From positions 496,001 through 560,000 of the forward strand of contig BDGG01000017.1 in the NCBI GenBank assembly GCA_001949185.1: a DNA stretch of 64,000 nt, in the 5' to 3' direction. A program made the position numbers and the translations under genes. Every line of letters starts with the position of its first letter. The first letter of the stretch is position 1. The DNA comes from Ramazzottius varieornatus. Its lineage: Eukaryota > Animalia > Tardigrada. Under the pieces are notes generated by a model, which had not been told where the DNA came from, ran no database searches, and worked only from the letters and a program-made list of their open reading frames with translations. Shown here piece by piece: positions 36,391 to 48,817 of this stretch.

Positions 36391-39300
36391 CTAGTTTCTG
36401 GCAACTTCCTTGTCCGTTTCCCTTTCAGCCACATTCTTCTTGATGTGCTGAAGAACTTCTTGAGCAGCGTAGGGAATGGGCGTACCGGGACCAAAGATAG
36501 CCGTCGCACCAGCCTTGTACAGGAAGTCGTAGTCTTGTGGCGGGATGACGCCACCACAGATGATAAGAATGTTCGGCCGACCCATCTTTTTCAGCTGAGC
36601 GGATAGCTCCGGTACCAAGGTCTTGTGCCCCGCTGCCAGGGAGCTCACGCCGACCACGTGAACGTCCGCGTCGATGGCTTGTTGTGCAACTTCCGCTGGC
36701 GTCTGCAAGGGCAGACATATGGTCAGGAGCCTTGGTAGGTCGGGAAGAACCAAATTACGAACTTCAATAAACCTGCATACTGTAGCTCCGTTTGATTACC
36801 GCACCCTTTCATATGCAGGTACTTGGGCGAAACCCAGCAATACCACCCATCATCAACCTGCATACCCAAGTCGTAGACTAACCCCCTGCACCACCTGTTG
36901 CAGGTTCGCGACAAGTCTGCAGGTAAGTGATCACTAATGGGAAATTTTTTTCGGATCTTCTCTCACGTACCTACATACTACAACACATTACACTTGGATG
37001 GTCAAGTGTGATTTAATATGAGAAGCAGGACGTTTTTCGCGGTTTCCAACATGTCGACACTAACTTGAAATAAGGGGCCAATGTCCACATCGAAGCCCAG
37101 GTCGGCGAAGCCGGTAGCGATCACCTTCGCTCCGCGATCGTGGCCATCCTGGCCCATCTTGGCCACCAGGATCCTCGGTCTTCTGCCTTCGTCCTTGGCG
37201 AAGTCCTCGACCTGACGTAGCACCTTCTCCGTCTCGACCTTGTGGCTGTACTCCCCAGCGTAAGCTCCACTGACCATCCGGCTGTGCGCCACATGCCGTC
37301 CGAAGGCCTTCTCCATGGCGTCAGAGATTTCACCCAGTGTGCAACGGGCTCGAGCGGCATGGATTGCCAGCTCCAGAAGGTTACCTTGACCGGACTTGGC
37401 AGCGTCCGTCAGCAAAGAAAGGGCGGCTTCGGCAGCAGAAGTGTCGCGGGAAGAACGCAGAGCTTTCAACTTAGCGATCTGCTTCTCGCGAACGGCGGTG
37501 TTGTCTATGACCAGCACGTCCTGCTCTTCTTCCTGCTGCAACCTGCAAACGTAAAACCATTAAAGGTCCGGGTAAACCCGTATGCAGGTGGCTGGTAGAA
37601 CATCCATCACAAACCTACATACACTCAAAGAAGACGAATCTATTGTACCGACCTGCATGTAGGTTTGCGAGGAGTGAGCTAAACGTGCTTACCGGTACTT
37701 GTTGACACCGACGATGGTTTCCGTGCCAGAGTCGATTCTAGCTTGCCGGACAGCGGCACATTCTTCGATTCTTAGTTTAGGGATGCCCTCGGCCACCGCT
37801 TTGACCATACCGCCCATGGCTTCCACCTCTTCGACCACCTTCTTTCCAGCTTGATACACTTGTTCCGTCAGGCTTTCCATCATGTAGGATCCGCCCCATG
37901 GATCAATCACCTGCAAATAAACCAAGGCAAAATTGACACTAACACAGCAGGTTGCGTTTCGAGGCCGACCAGCGTACCTTGGGGATGCCAGTTTCTTCCT
38001 GTAGAATAATCTGAGTATTCCTGGCTATTCTTGAGCTAAACTTGGATGGCAGTGCCAATGCTTCATCGAAAGAATTGGTATGTAGAGACTGGGTGCCACC
38101 AAAGACGGCCGCCATGGCCTCAATGGTGGTGCGGACGATGTTGTTATAGGGGTCTTGCTGTGTCAAGGACCAGCCGGAAGTCTGGCAGTGAGTGCGCAAC
38201 AGTAGCGACTTTTCACTCTTGGGCTGGAATTGCTTCTTAATCAGTTCGGCCCACAATCTTCGGGCTGCCCGCATCTTGGCAATTTCCATGTAAAAGTTCA
38301 TCCCGATGCCCCAAAAGAAACTGAGACGGGGAGCGAACTCGTCGATTGTCAAACCGGCCTTCAAACCTGCCAGAGCATTTATGAATTCATTGCATATGGC
38401 TGTTGAGATAGTTAAATAACCGTCCTACTAACCTGTTCGACAGTACTCGAGTCCATCAGCTATGGTATAAGCCATTTCCAGTACCGAGTCAGCGCCTGCT
38501 TCCATCATGTGGTAGCCCGAGATGGAAATACTGTTGAAGTTGGGCATGTGCTTGGCCGTGTAAGCGAAGATGTCAGCGATGATGCGCATGGAGGGCTCTG
38601 GTGGGTAAATGTACGTGTTTCTCACCATAAACTCTTTCAGGATATCGTTCTGGATTGTCCCCATTAGCTGTTTCTGCGTCGCCCCCTGCTCCTCCGCTGC
38701 CACAATGAACATGGCCATCACCGGAATCTACCATCAAAATCTTTATCGAAGAGCCACTGGGCGTTTCACCCAGATCAAGTCCCGCAATCGATAGAATAAA
38801 AACCCCGAAGTACCGCGCGAGTTGACAACGGAAAAACGTGTGGCATCCCATATCAACTCGCGCAGCTGGCATTTCTTACTGAAAGCAGCAATGATCAAAG
38901 ATCTTATAGAAAAGAGCTACGGTGTTAGTTGTTTACCATACCACAGCCCCATTCATGGTCATAGAGACGGACATCTTCTCATTGAGCGGGATACCATCGA
39001 AGAGGATCTTCATGTCTTCCACTGAGTCGATGGCCACACCGGCCATTCCCACGTCACCCATGACGCGGGGGTTGTCCGAGTCGTAGCCGCGATGTGTGGC
39101 CAGGTCGAAGGCGATGGACAGGCCCTGCTGGCCTGCCTTGATGTTGTCTTTGTAGAATTTGTTGCTTTCTTCCACGGTGCTGAAGCCAGCGTACTGCCTA
39201 ATGGTCCACGGTCGTTGGGCGTACATCGTCGGGTAGGGACCGCGAGTGAAGGGAAACTTGCCGGGAAGCTCATCTTGAATTGTTTCCGTATCGGCTTTGG

Positions 39301-39847
39301 TGTACAGCGGCTTCAGTTCCAAACCCTGAAGTCAAGAGAAAATTGTCCTTATAACAAAGCAATAAGCCTCCAAAACGTAACGTCAAGCTTTATCGCGCGA
39401 CGTTCACCTGCATACAACACACCATGGACGTGACGTAGAACTCAAGTACGCACGCCCAAAAAGTCTGTTCGTCCCGCTTCAATCAACTCCCGCATGACGT
39501 TATGGTAAGCTAATTTTAAAGCCACGACGTTTGTAGACGTCATAAGTCAGAGTTACCTCGATCGTTTTCCACGTCAGCTTTTCGGCTGGATCGCCTCCTT
39601 TCATCTGCTTCTTTGCCAGCGCAACCCATTCTGCATTTAGCGGCCGCTGTTTCAGGTCTCGATAAAGCCGCAGATTTATCTGTAAACAGACGAGACTGCT
39701 ACGTGTAGTGACCAGTGGCGACAAATTTTCAGACTCCAGCAAGATGGCTTCCAAGCCGCTTCCATCAGTACTAACCCCGTTTGACTGGCGCGAAGTGATC
39801 AGTTGGCTGGCCCGTAAAATTCCGGCCGTTGTGGTTGTCGCACTCAT
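36391..39847 (-). CDS. MMUT: Methylmalonyl-CoA mutase, mitochondrial (B12-dependent), multi-exon
   Basis: [61 protein letters not shown], cobalamin-binding GQDGHDRG, N-terminal transit-like peptide. Confidence 0.97.
36771..36905. repeat. Intronic palindromic family B (ACCTGCATAC-N30-RTATGCAGGT), two units
   Basis: Arms at 36771/36811 and 36856/36896 in the last MMUT intron. Confidence 0.7.
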
Positions 39848-40334
39848 TCCCGATCCGTTCGCACAAATAGCTTGTAGGAGCAGCAGAAGGACAGCGTGTC
39901 AGTGTTAGTAGACATTTAACATTTTTGACACAAAAGCTTATCGTTAACAGGAGATTGGAAAGTCGGAAACGACTTGGCAATCGAGACTTGGATGATCAGC
40001 TGATGCACACCTCGAGCTCACTGACAGGTGGCGCTTCGGCTACTTTCAATGTAAACTCTGGTTTCTCGCGGACTTGTTTAGTCGCTGCCCGGACAAGGGA
40101 GTTCAGAGCTAGTCGTATAGAAAAGTGGGTCCCTGTACCGGTCATCTGATGTTTTATGCAGTACAAATTATCAAAGGCCAGTTGGAACTACAGAGCTTCC
40201 TTGCTTTACGAAAACAGGGTGGAATTCAGACCCGGAAGAAAGCGTGAGCTACTTGGTGACAGACCGAAAAAAATTCATTTCGGCACCCCTTTTGTAATTC
40301 ATGGGCTGGTGATGAAGAGAGGCATCGGTATTAG

Positions 40335-42713
40335 CTAGAAAAGAGCACCACTACAACGTCCGTCTGCCGACGTAGTGGAGCACGAGGAAGAGTCGGCTGT
40401 GTATGCACTATATGTGTCAGTAATATTCTGGGCGAAATTGGAACAGCCGGGTACTCGAGGGTCCACACAGTACAGTTCTGCAACAAGCAAAAACAGACAT
40501 TTCGAGTTCACCATCCACACGACAAAGCCAACAATGAACATCTGCCGATCCGCTCGGCGAACTAACGCGACTAGATCGTTTTCCCCAGTGGCTCACGACT
40601 CCATCCAGTAAAAGTGCAATGCTGCGCTACTTGAAAGGACGAACTTGACGCGTTGCTGACCGAGCTGCCTAGAAGCTATACTTACGGTAGTGGTTTCCTA
40701 TGAGTATGGCCACCAGAGCACCGATAAAGTAGCCTATATCCTTGGCACCCCATCCACCTTCCTCAGTCTCCAGCGGAGGCTCTTCGACTTTCTTACCCCA
40801 CAACCAGCTCATCAGCCACTCCCACCAGCCTTCTTCCGTGGCTCTGCGGGGTGGTGGCCGGGCTTCTTCGAGACCTTTGAAGAACCAGCCGCCACCGCGG
40901 CTTGGTCCTTGACTTTCCTTGGCTTTATGATGCTTGGAAGCAGCAGCTGGCTTGTGCGAGCTCTTTGACGAGAACCAGCCGCTACTCTTGGCTTCGGGGT
41001 GGTCGCGCTCGAAGGCCTCGTCCGCCGAATGTTTGGCCGAGCTCAGCACCTCGCCGAATCCAACCTGCCCACCTTTACGACCAAAGTCGGAGGATGTCAG
41101 TTTGGAGAACCAGTCCTTTGAGCCAGCTGCGGAAGTTCGTGCCATATCGCCCTCGTCTTCAGGGAAACCTGTGGCAGTTCTTTCAGTGTTCCAAAACCAT
41201 CCGTGTTCTTCTTTGCCGGCGGTGGCCTCGCTGCTTCCCTTGATGTACTTTGTCAGCGTGTCTTCGGCTTTCTGGAAGCCATCGGAGACACTGTCAGCTG
41301 CTGTGCTGGGCTTGCTGACGAAACGATACACTTTCATGGCCACGAAGAAGAGGAGTAAAAGGGCGATACCGACGACAGCTACCCATTTCAGCCTCGATGA
41401 GCCTTGTCTGCGACGACACCACAGTTACAAGCGAAACACTAAGATGACTTGATGCCAAATTAAGCTGTGGTACTTATGGGAACTCACCAAACAAACGCGG
41501 CAAAAGCGATGTCCCAAGCGGCGCACGTGTTTAGCCACTTGAGAAAATAGTCTTGTCGAGTTTGTTTGCCGACCTCCCATATTACGAAAGATAGAGTTCT
41601 GGTTATGGTTGAAGGCGCATACTCACCTTACCTTGCCACAACGACATTATTGGAAGGCGCTGGTCGCACCGGACTAGCAGGTCCGAATCCAACATCGGGA
41701 GCTTCGGCTGGTGGAGGTGGTGACTTACCGCCTTTACCGGCCTTGCCAGCCGGAGTTGCAGGGGGAGGTGGCGCAGCACCAGCCGCAGCTGGAGGAGCTC
41801 CTTTGCTACTACCGGGCTTACTGGCTTTGCCAGGCTTACCACTTAAAGGGGTAGCACCAGGCGGAGATTCAGCTGGGAGAACTCCTTTAGCGCTGCTTGG
41901 CTTGCTGGCTTTACCTGGCTTGCCACCAGCAGCTGCGGCTGGAGGCGGTGGTGTGGGAGGGAGCGCGCCTGGCGGAGGCGCTTTACCGCTACCAGGTTTT
42001 CCGGGCTTGCCAGTTGGCGCAGCAGTGGTGGGAGCTGCAGTGGGGGGAGGAGCTTTACCGCTACCAGGCTTACTTGCCCTTCCAGGTGGTGGTGCCGCTG
42101 CAGCTGGTGGGGATGTGGGGGGTGCCGCGGCAGGAGGAGCTTTACCGCTGCTCGCTTTGGCCGCTCTGCCAGCTGGAGGTGTCGTAGGAGTACTTGCCGG
42201 TGGAGCTGTAGCTGGAGCCAGTCCTTTTCCACTGTCGGCCTTAGCAGCGGCAGGCGGTGGGCTAGCAGCAGCGGCGACCGATGGAGGCTTTCCCTTGGAT
42301 TCCTTCTTAGCCGAAGTCTTGGGTGGCGGACCTGGAGTTGGCTCTGGTCGGGCATTACCCGCTCCTTCTTCCACAAGGGACTGGGTGCTGCTTATTCCCT
42401 TGATCTTCTTGACCGGCTCCGCTCCGTGCTTGGTGCCGCTACTGCTGGATGGATGGGCAGCGCTGGATGCACCGGGCTGGTTGGCCGGAGCGACAGGCTT
42501 GTAGTTGGGCCGAGGGATGATGACTTTGCCCGACAGCAGGTCTTCCGGCTTGACCATGTCATGCTGCGCATCATTCAGACCCGAATCGGTTCCTGTGCTA
42601 AACTCGACCGATGGACCCTTTGGACCGCGTTTCCGATGTGTATGAGGTGTGGGACCGTCCGAAGGAGAAGGTATCGTGGGAGTTCTGCTCGGTGGAGGAA
42701 CCCGTCCCGGCAT
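40335..42713 (-). CDS. Orphan two-TM protein, 648 aa, with P/A/K/G-rich repetitive N-terminus (exons 42713-41632, 41407-40686, 40477-40335)
   Basis: Three phase-compatible exons totalling 1947 nt. TM1 WVAVVGIALLLLFFVAM, TM2 IGYFIGALVAILIG. Confidence 0.72.
41488..41570. repeat. Intronic palindromic element family A, internally deleted
   Basis: CAAACAAAC...CCCAAGCGGCGCA and GCCACTTGAGAAAATAGTCTTGTCGAGTTTGTTTG termini only. Confidence 0.7.
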
Positions 42714-43324
42714 GATTCAGACCTTGAAAGGATTCCGATCAGGCAGCACGCATCACGATCAACCGAAATCAAACCAGCGTCCGCTCATTTTATATTCCAC
42801 AAGATCATAACCACCTACCAGATGAATATTAGGTAATGTTACTACAGCTTGACCAAATCTCTCAAAATTGCATTTGTCCTATTTTGCCCTTATCACTGAC
42901 AGAAACATTTCTCCCAGCAACGCCCAATACGATTAGCGGTGAGGAGTTTCACAAGTGAGTATCTCTTTTAACTCTCGTCGTTTCGGCAGTTTCTTGAGGA
43001 GACAAAAGTTAAAACAGGAAAAACAGAACCAGAACAAAAAGTGAGTAATTTGCCAATACAGCGAAGGAGGAAAAATTAATCATAATAAGTTTGGTAAGCA
43101 TCTAAAATTCTGAAGATTGGATCACATTTGCATCAAAGAGAGAGAGAGAGGATATAGGAGAAACCAAAAAATGTACAATGGGTATATTACAAAAGATGTG
43201 GTCACTGCATGGTCCGGACGGATGAAAGTGAAGCACGCGCATTTAAAATACTTAAAAGGAGGCGAGAAAAAAAAGGATACAAAGGAGAACGGTCCAAGGT
43301 AAATAAGGAGACGAAATACTGCTG

Positions 43325-46300
43325 CTATAAGTCATCTTTGTAAGATCTAAAAACCACCGCATCATCTTCACCATATCGCGGTATGGGTACCTTTTCATCC
43401 TCTTCGAAGTCTACAGGACCGGGAAGTGTGTCTATACTATCGTCGAAAGGCGCTTGTTGGTGGGAAAGGATCTCGGCGGGAGAAGGCTGGTGGAGCGGGT
43501 CGTGTAGAGCGACGGGCGGCATGAAGAACTGTAGGATCACACCGGTCACCGCAGCGAAGACGACGAAGATGCCGGACAGGTAGAAGGGGGCCAGATCGTT
43601 CCCTGTCACTACTCCAACTTGCTCTGCAGAGCAAAGACAGTTTGAAATTTAATTGTGAAGCCTACAAAACCACTGTTTCAAGCTTGCATACCAGCTTGCA
43701 TGCCAGATAACCAGAGAAGAGTACGCAGGTGCTTGACCGGAACCACCCACCGAAACTATCATCCACCCGCATACACAAATACCCGAATACAAACTATTCC
43801 GACGTATGCAGGAGCGTGATGAATAACTTCAGCCACAGTTTTCACGCATCTGCATACGATTCCCTGACAAACGTAATACTACTAGTGTATGCATCTACGT
43901 GAATAATGCATTCCAAAAGAATAATCACGCACAAGAGTACCGCTTCGCCATGACCATGTACAGCATTCAAGTATGCAGGTGTTCCACGGTCTCAACATCG
44001 CAAGTTTAAAACACCTCACCTCCTAAAGGTGGGAGAGCCAGGCTGCCAAGGCCCATGACGAAGCTGCCATAGGCATAGGACGTGCTGAACCTGGCATTGC
44101 CGAACAGTTCCATCTGCAGTCCCGGCCAGACAGCCCACTTGACGGCCAAGAAGAAGCCCAGCGCCCCCGACCATCCTGCTAGGCCCACCAAGGTCTTGCT
44201 CCAGGTGAAGAGCACAATGCAGCCCACAACCAGCACCGTCATGACGTGAACGACAGCGAACCTCGTTCTCCGGCCCGAAGACCATCGGTTGGAACTTAGC
44301 GCCACTGCGGAGAGCCTTCCTACCATGTCTGTCACGCCACCCACCTGCGAACACAAAAAAAGATCATTGTTTACCAGTCGGAAATTGCGCCATCGTTGCG
44401 CCATGCAAATTTCTGCTGTGTCAAGAAGGAACTGGTTTTCGATGACTGTCACACAATGAGTGCATATTTATTGATTATCGATTATTCATGATTGATCAAA
44501 CTTGCGTCCCTGGAGGCGTTTCGTCCGACTTCTCAACCCATTGAACGTCGTAATGAGAAAGAGACCAAGCAAACACTGATTTCCGTACCGCAATGATCCA
44601 CGTGACATCCTGCTTGCTTATTCCTCGTATGTCGGTAGCAAAGCGAACCGATAAGAAGCCGTAGATGTTAACGCCGGCCATAAGGAAAAAGTGCAGGCAC
44701 AAGATGTAAAAGGGCACTTCGCGGAAGAGCGTCAGATTAGCCGACTCGGCTAACGTCAGCGTCTGCGTGGAGGTGCGGTGCTTGGGAAAGAGCATGGCAC
44801 AAAAGACAATCAGCAGCGTCAACGAACCTATGAAAAAGACATATACAGACTATAGGAGATCGATCCCATATCAAGTGGCGAACTGCCGCGAGTTTCAGAC
44901 AGCCAAGCTGCGCCACTTGAACAGGTTGGCTCTTTCCTGCTCAAGTGGCGCACGGTGACGGTTAAACTTGCTACGGGACTGCGGCACTTGATCCGACAAA
45001 CCATCTGAAGGACTGTCTCTCATACCAGTCAGTAGGAAGGATTCGCGCCAGCCGTAGTTGCGGACCATCACTTCCTGGATGGGTGGGATCGCAATGATAC
45101 CCAGTCCGATGCCGACAGTTACGGCGGAAGTGGCCAGCGTCTGCCGCCGTCGAAAGTGCATGGCAATGATGCCGAAAGCCGGCGAATAGGCCATACCAAA
45201 GCCCACTCCTGCAAGAACGATCAACGATCCATCATTCCAGATTTACCGATTGAAAGAAATCAGTTGCAGTACGAGTACTGGGAACATTAACTGCATAACA
45301 GCTTAAAAAGCTGGATGGTGTGTTATTTCTTCAAATCCATCGGCGAACTGGGAACAATTGGAGAAACCGAGTGGCGAAGCTCGGTGAAGCGAAAATAAAG
45401 ATTTTCGCCGCGGTGAAAAAAGTATTGCGTGTACGGCTGACTGATTGATCAAAAATGCTTTCGCCGCGGCGAAAAAGTTTTCGCTGTGTGGCCAAAGATA
45501 ATTTTCGCCACGGCACAAATCCTTATTTTCACTTCGCCCAGGTTTATCTAAAACCGAGTGCTTTGCTCGAGAAAAAGATTCAGCGTGATTTTTTGGACAA
45601 ATGTTCAACGCCCTGGTTTTGATAGTTTAAGCTGGAGTCAAATTGGCCTTTCTGCAGTCATCTAGTGGAATTTCCAATTATTTTAGCCCGCGCTTCTAAG
45701 AAAGACAGCAGAGAGGCACAGCTGTCCCCTTGACCTACCTGACCAAGGGCTAACCCACTCTCACCTGTTAAAACTCCGAAAGTCAGGAACATCATTTCAA
45801 AGTCTTGCACAAAATATGTGCTGAAATATCCGATGGCTGCAATGAGGGATCCCAGTATGGTGACTGGACGACAGCCAAACTTGTTGGACAAAATACTCCC
45901 AAGAGGCCCTGCAACAAGTACAAAGCCATTCGTACGTAGACCGCTTGATTGGCGGACAGGGTTGATTGACCCTCGTACTAACAGCCCTGTGGGTCTGACG
46001 CCTACACCCAAAGTGGCGCACTCCATCACGTGATCCATATAAATGGTACAGACCACGTGGAGCACCACCATATAAGCGTGTTCAAGAGTCACGTGGACTT
46101 GCACAATGAAAAAGCGACACGTGCCAAAGCGCGCCAATCGATCGGGACGTCACATGCCTTTGTTTGAATCTTGAATCTGACGTTTCCGATGGAAGAAATA
46201 GCTTACCGGTGACAGATATGAGTCCATAGCTGGTTGAAATCAGTCCAGATGTGAGGACAGTGCCTCTGTCAAACTCTTTAAGGAACTCAGTATAGAAGAT

Positions 46301-46519
46301 GGAGGTGCCGGTGGTGGCGCCGTTGATGATGGCTAGAATAAAGAAGGAGGCTGCCAGCACCACCCAGGCCCAGCCCGAGTCGACGGCTTCGCCGTGGCTG
46401 CGCTTGACCAGCGAACTATCCGACGAGGCCGAGATGGGAAGCGGGGAGGTTGAGGCGCAGGAAGGGGCCGTGGGGGAAGAGGGGGAGGCTTCTTCGACGT
46501 CGAAGCCCGCCGCCGTCAT
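43325..46519 (-). CDS. Monocarboxylate transporter family (SLC16, MFS), paralog 1, multi-exon
   Basis: AVDSGWAWVVLAASF, GPLGSILSNKFGCR, HFRRRQTLAT, YGWRES, ELFG motifs. Confidence 0.9.
43682..43980. repeat. Intronic palindromic family B, 3-4 units at ~83-bp period
   Basis: Arms at 43682/43721, 43765/43804, 43848/43887 (all N29) and a lone arm at 43971. Confidence 0.75.
44860..45003. repeat. Intronic palindromic element family A
   Basis: Arms at 44943/44980 (N27) and a unit near 44873. Confidence 0.75.
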
Positions 46520-48817
46520 CTTGCGACCCAGCCATTTCCACCTCATTTTGACCAGAGACACCAACTGGTGCAGGATTGGGAAACGGCGAAGACGAGGAAA
46601 GGGTATGTTGCGAAAGCGGAACATATCCCATCGACGGGCCGGGAATTCGAATCAGGACCCGATTAGATAGAGGCAGCACAAAGGTGCAGAAGCGTACTTG
46701 TCATGCTTTGGCAGGTAGACTATCGAGAAATAACAGCAACACTAGCAGAACAGAACAGTACTACAGAACACGCAGTCGGAATATACCGATCAGTAGCGAC
46801 GATAGCGTCAAGGCAAATATGAATGTTGAACCATTGCAAGACTAACCTTGGGCATCAACGCTTCCAGCTATCCCCAGCCATACTGCCACAAGGTCCCGTC
46901 TCACAGCCAGGACCTCTGGCGGAAATTCTTCACTGTTTGAGCAGAGAAGATCCCATTTCGTCCATGAAAGAAATAGGAGCCCGTTCAAAGGAAGGCTGGA
47001 GAACTGGAAAGTGAAGGAAATCAGCTGCGCGCTTCCCACACGGTAAGTCAAACGTCATGGCTTTTCCAAACATGAACAGTGGACACGTGACGTCAGGCGG
47101 GCTTTTCATACAGTACCAACAGCGAAGTCAGCTGATCGACATGACTCATTGTGGCCTAGATTGACGAGTTTATGCCGCTTGACTTGTCTCGCTTGGGACT
47201 GTACACCGAAAGACTACACAACATTTAAAGCAGATCAACAAAAACAAATCAATCAAGCTCAAAACCTATCGCTTTTCGTACATCAGGCCGATTGCGATTA
47301 TCGATCAGCTGATTTTGTTCTTTGTGTGTTTGCAAATACGTCATGCCTCACTGGGTCTTGGTGCAAGCTTGCAGTTGCAGCTTGACGGGTTTCTCAACGA
47401 GGAAGTGCTCGTGCAGATGAGGCTTTAGAGGCTGCACTGGAGGAAGCCTTGCCTTAGTATAGCATGTCAGGGTAAACTATAGAGTATGCAGCCAAGGAAG
47501 GCTCCGAGAGCGGCTCTTTCTGCCTGCAGATGGAGCTCTTACTCGGGTTTGGCCATACAACGCCCAATGGGACAATGGATGCGTGGAATAACTTTGGGTC
47601 TTCGAAACAAGAGACCACATATAGTAGTTCGAAACTATCGCTGTTGAAACCTAAAGGCTGAGAAGGAGTTATTCCCACATGAAATTCATTCAGAGGTTCA
47701 TTTCTGATTGAAACAATACAGTACTGTTTAAAGCTTGCTATAGCGCTACTCTGTATATATGCAAGTCCTTGGCGCTTCCCTATCACACTGCGGCGGTTTA
47801 GCTTCCGACTTTATGGTCGTTGCCTCCGCGTTAACGTTCGGACTAGAAACTCAAGCTTTGACTGCGTTAGAAACCACGAGCTGGGTCGCACATCTGGTCA
47901 AAGTGCGAATACTGTTTCTCTTGGGTAACGAGGTTCTTACCGACTAACGATCGTCCGTTCAGTTTCTGTCCAAAATGCGGTGACATACAAGATAGTGAAT
48001 GTGTAACGTATCAAACTTTCGACTGGAAATATGCCACTATTTTCTTGTTCATAATATCTAGTACTGCAGTTCAAGTTCAACGGTCGACTGTCAAGCTATT
48101 GGGCTTCGGCAAAATCCGCTATTGCGCGTTAGACCGCCTGAAAATAAAACAAGACATGGGACCAAAAGTCGCACTTCCGATGGTTCATGTGTCAAAAGTT
48201 TAAAATCGTCCCGCAACCATGCGGAATTCGCGCCCTCTATTTAAAGACTCTTGACGTCAAAAAGTGAAGATGAAACAGGATAGTTTACGAGATGGTGTCA
48301 TTGCAGCACCCACGTCGCAAGAGCCACCATACCAATGTTTCGCATGATCAGCATATCCAAATTCGAGAAGCGATCCTGCTCGAATTTCGATTAGTACCGT
48401 GACCGCACTGCCCATCGGTCAGCGTACCCACCCCATGGGTGGAGTTATCTGTCAAGTTGGCGGGCTGTGTAGTGTCGCTGACGTAGCGGGCCTAATGACT
48501 ATGTTCTCTGTATTCTGTCCATGTCGTACGGTAGCGCAGTAAAGTACAGTACGAAGCAACGAGCAGCACCATCATCTCGATTCTCGACGGCATGCTCGGC
48601 ATGCCTATCAAGGCTGACAAGCGCAGTATTCGGTGGTCGCTGGCATTCTTGTATTTTCCAGTAGTGTAAATCAGCCGTCGGGTTACGACGTAACTTACGA
48701 TACTGATATCGATGATAAAGCCTAGCATTGTATGTGTGGCTGCCATGAGCCGTCGTCGGCGACGGCGGAAGTGCACCACTTTCGCACATATCCTCTTTCG
48801 GCCTTAGACACATTACT

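Noticed and set aside
36391-39847. MMUT as a horizontal transfer from bacteria
   Set aside because: Intron-rich, with a transit-like peptide and an animal-type sequence.
41566-42504. 312-aa G/A/L-rich ORF on the plus strand
   Set aside because: Antisense shadow of the P/A/K-rich exon, whose composition suppresses stops on the opposite strand.
41628-42713. Possible Dsup homolog
   Set aside because: Only compositional similarity. It is Pro-rich, splices to TM exons and lacks the RRSSR motif.
43682-43980. Repeat-spacer pattern as a CRISPR array
   Set aside because: Eukaryotic intron, arms are short inverted 10-mers rather than direct repeats of CRISPR length, and no cas genes are present.
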